Positions 1 to 8,997 are shown, counted from the first letter of the stretch. The stretch is 64,000 bases of DNA from a virus (IMGVR_UViG_3300044630_002434:55712-119711), one strand, 5' to 3'. The notes: generated from the letters alone by a model not told the origin. Made by a program: numbers and translations.

Positions 1-37
1 AGAAACCAAAGAAGGAAAGAAAACAGGTAAAAGAAAG

Positions 38-124
38 ATGAAATACCTACTAGATAAAATTAAAACAGCAAAGACTAACCGCTTACTAAAAAAGCACGTT
101 GGCAAATCAACGTACTGGGATTAA
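38..124 (+). CDS. small hypothetical protein (28 aa)
   Basis: Read manually (MKYLLDK...TYWD*); abuts the next gene. Confidence 0.35.
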   Translation: MKYLLDKIKTAKTNRLLKKHVGKSTYWD

Positions 125-125
125 T

Positions 126-296
126 ATGATTAAACAAGGTTTCTTTATTCGAACATTTACCTTAGTCACGTTTACAGGTCTTGCTTGGCTTTTACTTTTT
201 GACCAGTTAAACCAAGAAACTATTATACAAACTACCCTGTTTTCATTATTTCTTTCTTTTGCACTATCTTTGATTAAGAGCAACCAAGAAAAATAA
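126..296 (+). CDS. small membrane protein
   Basis: Two hydrophobic segments; ATG at 126 follows the upstream stop. Confidence 0.55.
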   Translation: MIKQGFFIRTFTLVTFTGLAWLLLFDQLNQETIIQTTLFSLFLSFALSLIKSNQEK

Positions 297-369
297 ATAA
301 ACAATTCATTATATCCGCAACGACAACAAAATTTGGACAATCGAAAAAGTCCAATAAAGAAAGGGTTTT

Positions 370-660
370 ATGTTACTCAGAAAATATATCGGAGAGACAC
401 TACTAAAAGAACGTACAAAGCAGGAAAGAACACTAAGAGATGTATCTGCTCAAGCAACCGTTTCCTTGGGCTACCTATCCGAACTAGAGAGAGGACTTAA
501 AGAAGCGTCCTCCGAAGTCCTAAACTCAATCTGCGAAGCATTAGTTATGAGCCCTGTTGACCTACTAATAGATGTAACAGCATCTATGAGTAAAGACTTA
601 GGAAGGGAATTAGATAATGAGTTTTATTCCGTCCAATCTAAAGAAACACTTAATATCTAG
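370..660 (+). CDS. clgR: XRE-family HTH regulator, ClgR-like
   Basis: RTLRDVSAQATVSLGYLSELERGLKEASSEVLNSICEAL matches the actinobacterial ClgR signature. Confidence 0.8.
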   Translation: MLLRKYIGETLLKERTKQERTLRDVSAQATVSLGYLSELERGLKEASSEVLNSICEALVMSPVDLLIDVTASMSKDLGRELDNEFYSVQSKETLNI

Positions 661-892
661 GCTAATAACTTTAGATGAAAAGATAGGATTCCTTAGAGAC
701 CAGAACCCCTCTTTCAGGGCACTAACATGCACATCAATCTTTGAAGAAGTTGAGAAGGGGATTAGAGAGTGCATTGTAAGTGAGATATATGCTTGGCATG
801 ATGTTGATTGCGCCAACGGTATTAACTGTAACTGCCCTGAAATTGCTAACTTAATTGCACCAGATTTAGGAGGATATGAAAGTGAAGACTAA
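617..892 (+). CDS. hypothetical protein
   Basis: ORF in dense co-directional array; H-x-x-x-C...CxC near the C-terminus. Confidence 0.55.
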   Translation: MSFIPSNLKKHLISRLITLDEKIGFLRDQNPSFRALTCTSIFEEVEKGIRECIVSEIYAWHDVDCANGINCNCPEIANLIAPDLGGYESED

Positions 893-1331
893 AGCAACTA
901 GAGAAGTGTCAGGTAATCCGTTGACGCGGTTTTTATCCGATACCGCAATGAACGTAGCCTCAAGTCTAATAAAGGTTGCTTCATCTAGAGCACTTATGTA
1001 TGAAGTTTACGACTGGGATGAAGATTTTGATTCAACAATATTTTACGAAGATACAGAGAACTTAGTAGAAATCTCCAGACTTTTAGATGAAGCATATGAC
1101 AACTACTTCACTAAATCACCAGACGGTTCTGCTAAAGGTAGTGACGGTTCTTTGACTGCATCTTTCGGTACATATTTCGACCGCAAGGGTGCTGGAATAA
1201 AGGTAACCAATGTTCGTATCTTCTCTTACATTTTTTGTAAAGAAAGAAGCATAGATTTCTCTACCACCGAAAAAGCCCTAGCAGAAGTTAAGAAGTGGCA
1301 CGCAAAAGAGACGGGACTTTCTAGTGACTAA
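876..1331 (+). CDS. hypothetical protein
   Basis: AGGAGG before ATG; overlaps neighbours. Confidence 0.7.
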   Translation: MKVKTKATREVSGNPLTRFLSDTAMNVASSLIKVASSRALMYEVYDWDEDFDSTIFYEDTENLVEISRLLDEAYDNYFTKSPDGSAKGSDGSLTASFGTYFDRKGAGIKVTNVRIFSYIFCKERSIDFSTTEKALAEVKKWHAKETGLSSD

Positions 1332-1734
1332 GAACTCTGACTTCGACATTGACTTCTCTAACGGAAGAGCAGGGGAAGATTCGATTGCATATGCACTAAA
1401 CATCTCAACCGTTGAGGTTAAACGCGACCTAAAGTGGTTCGACACAAACAACTTCTTTATAGAGTACGAATGCTTTAACATAACCCAAAACCAATACATC
1501 CCAAGCGGTTTGAAGACTACTAAATCTACGCATTATGTTTTTGTTTTAGGTGACACTTTTATAGGGCTCCCGACCCAACAACTAAAAGATTTAATCAACA
1601 AGAAGCATCACGAAGGAACTCTTAGAGATGTAGACTGTTACATACCACCAAACCAAAGTAGGGGTTATCTTGTCACGGTTCAAGACATTCTGGAATTCCA
1701 AAAAGAAAAAGGAAGAGAACTCACAAATGCATAG
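1324..1734 (+). CDS. PD-(D/E)XK nuclease-like phage protein
   Basis: GxxGE...VEVKRD...NFFIEYE pattern. Confidence 0.6.
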   Translation: MTKNSDFDIDFSNGRAGEDSIAYALNISTVEVKRDLKWFDTNNFFIEYECFNITQNQYIPSGLKTTKSTHYVFVLGDTFIGLPTQQLKDLINKKHHEGTLRDVDCYIPPNQSRGYLVTVQDILEFQKEKGRELTNA

Positions 1735-2080
1735 TTCCACCAACCCAAATGATATTGCTTCCTATGGTGAACTCCTAGAGGAACTTCATAGACACCAAAA
1801 GATGACTGCAAACCTTGCTAAGTTTCAAGACATTGTTTACGAGTTAGCAACCGTTCATCAAAGAAAAGGAGACATCTGTTTAGGTTGTCCCCGTTCTATG
1901 ACTGCCAAAGATGGAGTTATTTACGGAAAGTATTCTGAATGTAGTGTTGCTATCTGCATTGAAAAGCATAAGATAACCTCTAACCTTATGACCCGTCACG
2001 ATATGGGCATACAGATTAACAGTCTTACAAATAAGATAAACAAACTAGAAGAGCAACTTAGAAAAACAGAAGAAGAATGA
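1727..2080 (+). CDS. hypothetical protein, putative Zn-binding
   Basis: ATG at 1727; H...CxxC...C and coiled-coil tail. Confidence 0.6.
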   Translation: MHSSTNPNDIASYGELLEELHRHQKMTANLAKFQDIVYELATVHQRKGDICLGCPRSMTAKDGVIYGKYSECSVAICIEKHKITSNLMTRHDMGIQINSLTNKINKLEEQLRKTEEE

Positions 2081-2235
2081 ACCACTGCGAAGTAATAGAA
2101 GACGTTTGTAAGTTAGACCCCTGCCCAGTAAGGCATTTTTGCATAAAGGGCGGATTCACTAAACTGTCAGCACACTCACAACTACCTCACCATCTAAAAG
2201 ATTGGTCTCGCGAAGAAGAGAAGAATAAAAAGTAA
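2077..2235 (+). CDS. small Cys/His-rich protein (52 aa; not in ORF track)
   Basis: Read manually; ATGA overlap upstream and TAATG overlap downstream. Confidence 0.55.
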   Translation: MNHCEVIEDVCKLDPCPVRHFCIKGGFTKLSAHSQLPHHLKDWSREEEKNKK

Positions 2236-2405
2236 TGGAATACTACACACCTACATTTATAAAAAAGAACATGGATGCTATCAAGCGCATCCGAGAACTA
2301 CACCGCTCTGCAATATGGAGTTTGCATGATGTTAAAGATGCGTGTTCGGAGTGTAAAGTGCCTTACCCCTGTAACACCATAAAAGCATTAGAAGGAGAGA
2401 AGTAG
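2235..2405 (+). CDS. small Zn-finger-like actinophage protein (56 aa; not in ORF track)
   Basis: AIKRIRELH...CSEC...YPCNTIKAL; coupled on both sides. Confidence 0.7.
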   Translation: MEYYTPTFIKKNMDAIKRIRELHRSAIWSLHDVKDACSECKVPYPCNTIKALEGEK

Positions 2406-2674
2406 TGCGCGAACAGTTAATTAAAAACATAGAAGAACTCTTAAACAGAGGGAACCCCGAAGAATTAAAATCTACTCTTACAATTAGTGTTATTGATTTA
2501 TTTATTGAAGCAATAAACGAAATGATAAAAGAAGAAGTTGACCACATCAACAAAGCGTTAAGTAGTGAAGATAGCCAACCTGACATTAGACAAGCATCTC
2601 TTTGCTACGAAGCAATGGCAGCGTATTCTGTTTTAAAAGATTCCTTATCTGAACCAAAAGAAGAAAACGCTTAG
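2405..2674 (+). CDS. hypothetical protein
   Basis: GTG start with AAGGAG upstream. Confidence 0.6.
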   Translation: MREQLIKNIEELLNRGNPEELKSTLTISVIDLFIEAINEMIKEEVDHINKALSSEDSQPDIRQASLCYEAMAAYSVLKDSLSEPKEENA

Positions 2675-2845
2675 ATGTTAAAGGCTCATACCTGCAAGTT
2701 TTGCGGAGAAGTTCTTAAAGCGACATCTATAAAAAAGATTGAAAAAGAGTACGAACTTCATATCAAAACCGACTACCATATATCACAGGTAGATTTAATA
2801 AAAGAGATACGCAAACAAAGACTTATTTCATTAGGAACCAGATGA
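2675..2845 (+). CDS. small C2H2-like Zn-finger protein (56 aa; not in ORF track)
   Basis: CKFC...HIKTDYH; ATGA overlap with next gene. Confidence 0.6.
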   Translation: MLKAHTCKFCGEVLKATSIKKIEKEYELHIKTDYHISQVDLIKEIRKQRLISLGTR

Positions 2846-3129
2846 GCGACCAAGAAAACGAAGAAGAGTTAGAGAAGTTCCTACTAGAAACACGCGAATC
2901 TATAAAAGGTTTGTCTGATGCTCTAACAGCAAGACTAGAGAGAATGCAAATGTTTCATAAGTACACCCAAGCGATGATGAAAGATGACTTCGTTGGGATG
3001 ATAGATGCTTTAGGTTATTCTGAAGAAATCCTTGAAGGTATGACATACCCAGAGATAATGGAATCAATGGTTGTACGAGTAGCAGACTTAGCAAAGGAAG
3101 TTGGCTTCGACATAAATGGGAAAGACTAA
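2842..3129 (+). CDS. hypothetical acidic protein
   Basis: ORF with AGGA upstream, coupled start. Confidence 0.65.
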   Translation: MSDQENEEELEKFLLETRESIKGLSDALTARLERMQMFHKYTQAMMKDDFVGMIDALGYSEEILEGMTYPEIMESMVVRVADLAKEVGFDINGKD

Positions 3130-3141
3130 AAGGTTTAAATA

Positions 3142-3315
3142 ATGTGTAATCAAATGGAAAATGCTGCGCATATCCATAAACTGAAAAAAGAAGTTTGGTT
3201 AGAAGTGTTAAGCGATTACCCAAGCGAAGGTGAAGAAGAGCGGTTATGGCATTGCTTGCATGGCAGGGCTTATGGAATCAACTGCAAGAAGTGTGAGAGA
3301 GACGACGATGAATAA
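3142..3315 (+). CDS. small Cys/His protein (57 aa; not in ORF track)
   Basis: HCLHG...CKKC; fills the gap before the HAD phosphatase. Confidence 0.5.
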   Translation: MCNQMENAAHIHKLKKEVWLEVLSDYPSEGEEERLWHCLHGRAYGINCKKCERDDDE

Positions 3316-3724
3316 ACCAAAAGCAATCATTGTTGACATTGATGGAACTGTTGCGCACAAAACCGACAGAGATATCTATGAATACGAAAAGGCTCTTAGT
3401 GATTCCTCTGACGCAGTAATTATTGAAGTAATCAAAGCACTCTGGCTTCAGGATTATAAGATTATTTTTATCTCTGGACGTTCAGATGAATGCATTCAAG
3501 TTACTCGCGAGTGGCTTCGACTTCACTGTCCTCCATATATCGGTCTCCATATGCGACAAGCAAAAGACTTTCGTAAAGATGCAATCGTTAAGAAAGAACT
3601 CTACGAACAATATGTTAAAGACCACTACGACGTACTCTGCGTTTTTGATGACCGTAATCAAGTTGTAGATATGTGGCGCGAGATTGGTCTTAAGTGTCTA
3701 CAAGTACAGCCCGGAGATTTCTAA
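3308..3724 (+). CDS. HAD-family phosphatase (polynucleotide kinase 3'-phosphatase domain)
   Basis: DIDGT, SGR, KD..VKKE, FDDR motifs as in the T4 PseT C-terminal domain. Confidence 0.9.
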   Translation: MNKPKAIIVDIDGTVAHKTDRDIYEYEKALSDSSDAVIIEVIKALWLQDYKIIFISGRSDECIQVTREWLRLHCPPYIGLHMRQAKDFRKDAIVKKELYEQYVKDHYDVLCVFDDRNQVVDMWREIGLKCLQVQPGDF

Positions 3725-4368
3725 TACATACATATGACGTAAGACAGATAGAATCCAAAGAGACGCATGACTACCTTCTTAATATCCATTATGCAAAGCG
3801 TCTGCCACAGATTATGTATGCATACGGACTATTCAGAGACGACAACCTAGTAGGGGTTATTACTTATGGTCGTCCCCCTGCACCGTCTGTATCTAAAGGT
3901 GTTCTAGGAACAGAGCATAAAAACCTAGTCCTTGAACTCAATCGTTTATGTCTCAAAGACAATCTTAAAAACGAAGCATCACAACTTGTTGCAGGTTCTT
4001 TCAAACTTCTTCCTAAACCTCTTGCAGTTATTTCTTATGCGGATACATCACATGACCATCTCGGTATTGTTTATCAAGCAACAAACTTTTTTTACACAGG
4101 GCTTTCTTCCAAGCACACAGACTGGGCGGTAGAAGGAATGGAAGGAACTCATACGAGAACCTTTAACCATATTGCCGATGCAATTCCCGGAGATAAAAAG
4201 AATCTTGAAAAAATCAAAGAACTTTATGGTGACCGTTTTTACTACATTGACAGACCAAGAAAACATCGATACATTATCTTGTTAGGGAGCAAGTCAGAAA
4301 AAAGAACGCTAAAGAGTCTTCTAAAGTACCCAGTTCTTCCGTACCCAAAAAGGAGTAAAGATGCTTGA
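3694..4368 (+). CDS. mom: Mom-family GNAT-fold DNA modification enzyme (start GTG 3694 or ATA 3724)
   Basis: HY...GVITYG.P...LELNRL...ISYAD...H.GIVYQATNF.YTG Mom-like motifs. Confidence 0.75.
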   Translation: MSTSTARRFLIHTYDVRQIESKETHDYLLNIHYAKRLPQIMYAYGLFRDDNLVGVITYGRPPAPSVSKGVLGTEHKNLVLELNRLCLKDNLKNEASQLVAGSFKLLPKPLAVISYADTSHDHLGIVYQATNFFYTGLSSKHTDWAVEGMEGTHTRTFNHIADAIPGDKKNLEKIKELYGDRFYYIDRPRKHRYIILLGSKSEKRTLKSLLKYPVLPYPKRSKDA

Positions 4369-4597
4369 TAAAAATGGGGATTATCACCCTAACGACCCAT
4401 CTGCAGAGAATGAAAGACTGTACAGAATTTTAGATAAACTGAACAGTATTAGAAAGCATTCTCAAGTACGAGGAGACTCAGAGCAGTTTATTCTTGGCAT
4501 CTTACTAAGTACTGATATCGTAACTGCTGAAATACGTGGAGAAATTCACAAAATAGATGGCAGTACTATCCACCCCGACCAAATACCCCTAATCTAG
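4361..4597 (+). CDS. hypothetical protein
   Basis: AAGGAG upstream of ATG. Confidence 0.65.
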   Translation: MLDKNGDYHPNDPSAENERLYRILDKLNSIRKHSQVRGDSEQFILGILLSTDIVTAEIRGEIHKIDGSTIHPDQIPLI

Positions 4598-4650
4598 CAC
4601 TGCTAGTATTTTAACTCTTACTCAAATACCACCCCCAAAAAAGGATACCT

Positions 4651-6708
4651 ATGTCTACCGTTACTTTTGTTTTTCGTCTAAACGAAGAGTTTGTTGCTTC
4701 TTTCAAAGAAAAGAAAGCACCGTTTGGGTATAGAGATGCAGGTGGTAATTCGGTAGGCGAGATTACATTCTTACGCACATACTCACGCAAGAAAGAAGAT
4801 GGAACTAAAGAGACTTGGGTAGATGTCTGCGAGCGAGTTATCAACGGTATGTACTCACTTCAAAAAGAACATTGCAAGACTAACCGTTTACCTTGGTCAG
4901 ATGCTAAGGCTCAGGCTTCTGCAAAAGAAGCGTTTGACCGTCTATTCAATCTAAAGTGGACACCACCAGGTCGCGGACTTTGGGTTATGGGAACCCCAAT
5001 TGTAAACGTACAAAAGAACTCTGCTGCTCTGCAGAACTGTGCGTTTGTTTCAACACTTGAAATGACAAAACTAAATCCTGCTAAGCCATTTGGTTTCTTG
5101 ATGGAAGCGTCAATGCTTGGCGTTGGTGTTGGTTTTGATGATAAGGGCGCTGAAAAAGAATTCACCATCTACGCACCTAAGTCAGAGTGCACAACAATGG
5201 TTATCCCAGATACTCGCGAAGGCTGGGTCGAGTCAACCGTTGAACTTCTTAACTCATACCTAAAGGCAGACCATAATTGCCTAGAGTTTGACTACTCAGA
5301 GATTCGTCCTGAAGGTGCGCCTATTGCAACCTTTGGTGGAACTGCAGCAGGTCACGAACCACTAGAGCGTCTACATAACTACATCCACAAACTATTCAAA
5401 GGACGCGCTGGTGAACTCATCACTAAAAAAGATATTGCAGATATTGGCAATCTTATTGGTGTATGTGTGGTATCTGGCAATGTTCGTCGTAGTGCTGAAC
5501 TCCTAATTGGTTCTATTGACGACCAAGACTTCTTAAATCTTAAGAACGCAGAAGTTTTCCCAGAACGTAACTCATACGACCCAGCAACACCAGGCTGGGG
5601 CTGGATGTCTAACAACTCTGTTGCTGTCAGCGTAGGTCAAGACCTTTCTCCTATCGTTGATGGTATTGCTCGCAATGGAGAGCCCGGCGTTATTTGGATG
5701 GACGTATCTCGTAAGTATGGTCGTCTTGCAGATGCACCTAACAACAAAGACCATCGCATCGCTGGTTACAATCCTTGCGCAGAGCAATCCCTTGAGTCAT
5801 TTGAGATGTGCACCTTGGTTGAAACATACCTAAACCGTCACGACTCACTAGAGGACTATAACCGAACTCTTAAGTTCGCGTACCTCTACGCTAAGACTGT
5901 AACTCTTCTTCCAACCCATTGGGAAGAAACCAACGCAATCATGCAACGTAACCGTCGTATCGGAACTTCAATGTCTGGCGTAGCAAACTTTGCTGACCGT
6001 AAGGGCTTACCTGTTCTCCGTGACTGGATGGATAAAGGCTACGAGAACATCAAGAAGTATGACACCATCTATTCAGAATGGCTAGGTATCCGTGAATCAA
6101 TCAAGACAACAACCGTTAAGCCATCAGGCACAGTGTCTATCCTTGCTGGAGAGTCGCCCGGCGTTCACTGGACACCAGGTGGAAAGTTCTTCAACCGAGC
6201 AATACGCTTTGCAAATTCTGACCCTATGCTCCCACTTTTCAAGATGGCAAACTACCGAGTCGAACCAGCATCAGAATCCCCAGACACAACCTCTGTCGTA
6301 TTCTTCCCAATTAAGTCTGATGCAGAACGCGCAGAACGCGATGTAACAATCTTTGAGAAGATGTCACTTGCTGCAGTTGCGCAGCGTTACTGGTCTGATA
6401 ACTCGGTATCCGTTACCGTTTCGTTTGACCCAGAAACCGAAGCAGAGCATGTTGGAACTGTTCTACATATGTATGACGGTCAACTAAAGACTGTTTCATT
6501 CTTACCATCTGGTAACTTCACCTATCCTCAAATGCCTTACACGCAGATTACTGAAGAGGAGTACCATGAAGATGGAGAACTAAAGTTGTTCCCTATTGAC
6601 TTCTCAGGTGTTTATGCAGGTATGGCAGCAGACGCAATCGGCGAGGCTTACTGCACCACCGACGCTTGTGAAATCAAACTCATTACAGAAAACAATAAGG
6701 ATAAGTAA
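4651..6708 (+). CDS. nrdJ: class II (adenosylcobalamin-dependent) ribonucleotide reductase, monomeric RTPR type
   Basis: NPCAEQ, TTVKPSGT, GNVRRSAE, C-terminal CTTDAC; no beta subunit nearby. Confidence 0.95.
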   Translation: MSTVTFVFRLNEEFVASFKEKKAPFGYRDAGGNSVGEITFLRTYSRKKEDGTKETWVDVCERVINGMYSLQKEHCKTNRLPWSDAKAQASAKEAFDRLFNLKWTPPGRGLWVMGTPIVNVQKNSAALQNCAFVSTLEMTKLNPAKPFGFLMEASMLGVGVGFDDKGAEKEFTIYAPKSECTTMVIPDTREGWVESTVELLNSYLKADHNCLEFDYSEIRPEGAPIATFGGTAAGHEPLERLHNYIHKLFKGRAGELITKKDIADIGNLIGVCVVSGNVRRSAELLIGSIDDQDFLNLKNAEVFPERNSYDPATPGWGWMSNNSVAVSVGQDLSPIVDGIARNGEPGVIWMDVSRKYGRLADAPNNKDHRIAGYNPCAEQSLESFEMCTLVETYLNRHDSLEDYNRTLKFAYLYAKTVTLLPTHWEETNAIMQRNRRIGTSMSGVANFADRKGLPVLRDWMDKGYENIKKYDTIYSEWLGIRESIKTTTVKPSGTVSILAGESPGVHWTPGGKFFNRAIRFANSDPMLPLFKMANYRVEPASESPDTTSVVFFPIKSDAERAERDVTIFEKMSLAAVAQRYWSDNSVSVTVSFDPETEAEHVGTVLHMYDGQLKTVSFLPSGNFTYPQMPYTQITEEEYHEDGELKLFPIDFSGVYAGMAADAIGEAYCTTDACEIKLITENNKDK

Positions 6709-6709
6709 T

Positions 6710-6985
6710 ATGAAAAGACGCACAAAGAAAAACAATGAAGAATCTATGCTAGTCAAAGAAGACCAATACCGCGCAGTCATTACCTACCTACCAAATAAGA
6801 ATGGATATAAAGCATCCGTTCAACGTAGAATCGGCATAGATGAGTGGGTTAAAGTTCAATGTGGACTTAAAGGAGTAGTTTTTGCTTCAAAAGAGTCTGC
6901 TGAAAACAGAGCAAGATATAAAATTAAAGAACAAAAAGGTATGGACAATGCAGAAAAAAACTCTTACATTGTTTACGATGATTAG
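6710..6985 (+). CDS. hypothetical protein
   Basis: ATG directly after the nrdJ stop, with AAGGA upstream. Confidence 0.6.
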   Translation: MKRRTKKNNEESMLVKEDQYRAVITYLPNKNGYKASVQRRIGIDEWVKVQCGLKGVVFASKESAENRARYKIKEQKGMDNAEKNSYIVYDD

Positions 6986-6987
6986 GA

Positions 6988-7002
6988 TAGAATACTGATA
7001 TG
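6988..7002 (+). promoter_or_regulatory. -10 element of a leaderless transcript
   Basis: TAGAAT-6nt-ATG. Confidence 0.55.
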
Positions 7003-7188
7003 CCTACATACGACTACATCTGTTCAAGCGACCACCTCTATACAGAAGAGCGTTCAATCCACGAGGACCAAAAAGTATTTGAATGCCCAGAGTGCAAAGA
7101 AACTCTTAAGCGTGTTTTCATTGCTGTCCCAGTTACTTTCCAAGCACCCGGCTTCTACGCAAGCGAGCGAAAGGGTATGGGGTTATGA
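7000..7188 (+). CDS. FmdB-family zinc-ribbon protein
   Basis: MPTYDYIC..H...CPEC..LKRVF...F...GFY. Confidence 0.85.
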   Translation: MPTYDYICSSDHLYTEERSIHEDQKVFECPECKETLKRVFIAVPVTFQAPGFYASERKGMGL

Positions 7189-7454
7189 GCCTTCAACCAC
7201 TAACAGGTTCAGGTATCCAATTGGATACAGTGACCGATACTGCTCCAGCAGAGCCCGGCGACCACGATAAGTTTGCTCACTATGCCCCGAAAGATGAGAT
7301 TACCTACGCACTTATATATGGCGTTCCAATCATTGCCCTTTGCGGTAAACAATGGATTCCATCCAGAGACCCCAAGGGTTTTAGCGTTTGTCCTGCTTGT
7401 AAAGAAATCTACGAACAACTATCTAAAGACAATCCTGACGACTATATGTCTTGA
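7185..7454 (+). CDS. DUF3039 domain protein (actinobacterial)
   Basis: GDHDKFAHY...ALCGKQWIPSRDP...CPACKEIY. Confidence 0.85.
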   Translation: MSLQPLTGSGIQLDTVTDTAPAEPGDHDKFAHYAPKDEITYALIYGVPIIALCGKQWIPSRDPKGFSVCPACKEIYEQLSKDNPDDYMS

Positions 7455-7530
7455 TAAACTGGACGTTGACATACGTTTGGCATAGTAATTAGGACTGTGC
7501 CTGTTTGTAACTGGAAGTACAGGCAGGAAT

Positions 7531-8016
7531 ATGAAGAAGTTAGTAATTTTATTTGTTGTTTTTTCTCTATCCGTTTTTGGTGTTACCTCTTCTAAGGCTA
7601 ATCCAATAAACAAAATGAAGAAAGATACAAGCACCGTAACATTAAAAATTGGTAAGTGGAGAGATGTTCCCTTTAATGGAAACAATGCTTTTACCTTAAA
7701 CGGAGAGCGCACCCTATGGGCAGCCCAACTCCATGTAACCTGTAAAAAGGCTCCCAAGTATATTAAAATGAGATTTGCTCGTAACCTGCCAAATGGCAAG
7801 ATAGACAGTACTGGAACCAATACTTGGATGCTTAATGGTAAGAAGCCTAATAAGTCTTGGCAAGGTTCCCTTGTCTGGGAAACAACCAGTGACCATCCCA
7901 TGACTGTTCAATACAAGATTATGGGCGGTAAAAACTGCAAGTCTAACTCCCGTCAGTTTAAGTACTGGCAACCAGGAGATAGCGTTCAAGACTTGCTGAT
8001 ACCGCCAACAGGCTAA
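7531..8016 (+). CDS. secreted hypothetical protein
   Basis: Signal peptide MKK-hydrophobic-SKA; beta-rich. Confidence 0.75.
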   Translation: MKKLVILFVVFSLSVFGVTSSKANPINKMKKDTSTVTLKIGKWRDVPFNGNNAFTLNGERTLWAAQLHVTCKKAPKYIKMRFARNLPNGKIDSTGTNTWMLNGKKPNKSWQGSLVWETTSDHPMTVQYKIMGGKNCKSNSRQFKYWQPGDSVQDLLIPPTG

Positions 8017-8058
8017 ATAGGTGTACACTTAAAGTTCACCACCTAGATAAGGATAACT

Positions 8059-8451
8059 ATGAGCATAGAATATGTTTCGTGGAAAGCGGGCGACCCAAAG
8101 ATTAAGCCGTCCCCTCAAACCATTCGTCCAAAAGTATGGACACAACTTGATTTTGGCGCACAAGATTCAATTGTTCCAAAGAATACAGGTCACGCTAACT
8201 GGGCTTTTTACATTAACGTAAAAGAACTTGGCGGAGCCAAAGAAATGAAAATTCGTTTTACCCGCGATATCGGAACTAAAGATGCAGACTTTACTGGTCA
8301 GCGTATGCTTGACTTAGCACTAGACAACATTCATTCTGGTACTTGGTTCTTTAAGGCTAACAAGGGTCAGCCAGTTGGTCTTGAAGTTTACCACGCAGGT
8401 ACAGCAGATATGGTAGTTGTTACTCGTGAATTTAAGATGTGGATTCCGTAA
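8059..8451 (+). CDS. hypothetical protein, probable paralog of 7531..8016
   Basis: Shared WA...KxRFxR...DxTG pattern. Confidence 0.7.
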   Translation: MSIEYVSWKAGDPKIKPSPQTIRPKVWTQLDFGAQDSIVPKNTGHANWAFYINVKELGGAKEMKIRFTRDIGTKDADFTGQRMLDLALDNIHSGTWFFKANKGQPVGLEVYHAGTADMVVVTREFKMWIP

Positions 8452-8454
8452 CCT

Positions 8455-8997
8455 TTAATCAGAAGAGGCGGTAGATTTTTCTACCGTCTTTTCTTTTTTC
8501 CAAACGCGGAAGAACCCAAGTTCAGAACCAATCACACGAACTCTTTCATAAACCCCTGTGCGCAGTCCCTCTGTGTCAGAACCTGCTTGGTCACTTGTCG
8601 TATCACCCTCAACAACTTCATAACCTACTGGTATCCCCCACTTGCGAATCACCCCAACAACAATACCTACATGGGTTGCTCTTCCTTCTTTTTCAAAGTC
8701 ATAGAACGCTAGGTCTCCCATTCTAACTCTCCACCATTGTATCTGTTCAGAGTTTTCTCTTAGCCGTTCATAACCAATATTACAAGATGCAAACCCCTTT
8801 TTACTTGAAACTTCAACTAACTCACTCAAACCATTTTTTGCAAAGCACCACGAAACGAACATGGCAGAGTACGGATTGTTGTTCAACCCGTACCACTTTC
8901 CATACTTGCTATCTCGATTAGGTCCGTTGGTGTAACCAACTTCTTCTAAGGCAGTACCGACAAGTTCGGAAATCTTAATCTTCAATGGAGTTTGCAT
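8455..8997 (-). CDS. CHAP/NlpC-P60-like amidase domain, catalytic Cys replaced by Ser
   Basis: KYGKWYG..NPYSAMFVSWCF, GDL.FYDF, HVGIV, VEGDT. Confidence 0.75.
   Translation of the reverse strand: MQTPLKIKISELVGTALEEVGYTNGPNRDSKYGKWYGLNNNPYSAMFVSWCFAKNGLSELVEVSSKKGFASCNIGYERLRENSEQIQWWRVRMGDLAFYDFEKEGRATHVGIVVGVIRKWGIPVGYEVVEGDTTSDQAGSDTEGLRTGVYERVRVIGSELGFFRVWKKEKTVEKSTASSD
8466..8499 (+). terminator. intrinsic terminator
   Basis: AGGCGGTAGA-TTTT-TCTACCGTCT followed by a T tract. Confidence 0.75.

Noticed and set aside
3230-3307. N-terminal extensions given by the ORF track (also 12518, 14300, 19660, 46437, 61949)
   Set aside because: They overlap neighbouring genes or promoters; downstream starts fit motifs and coupling better
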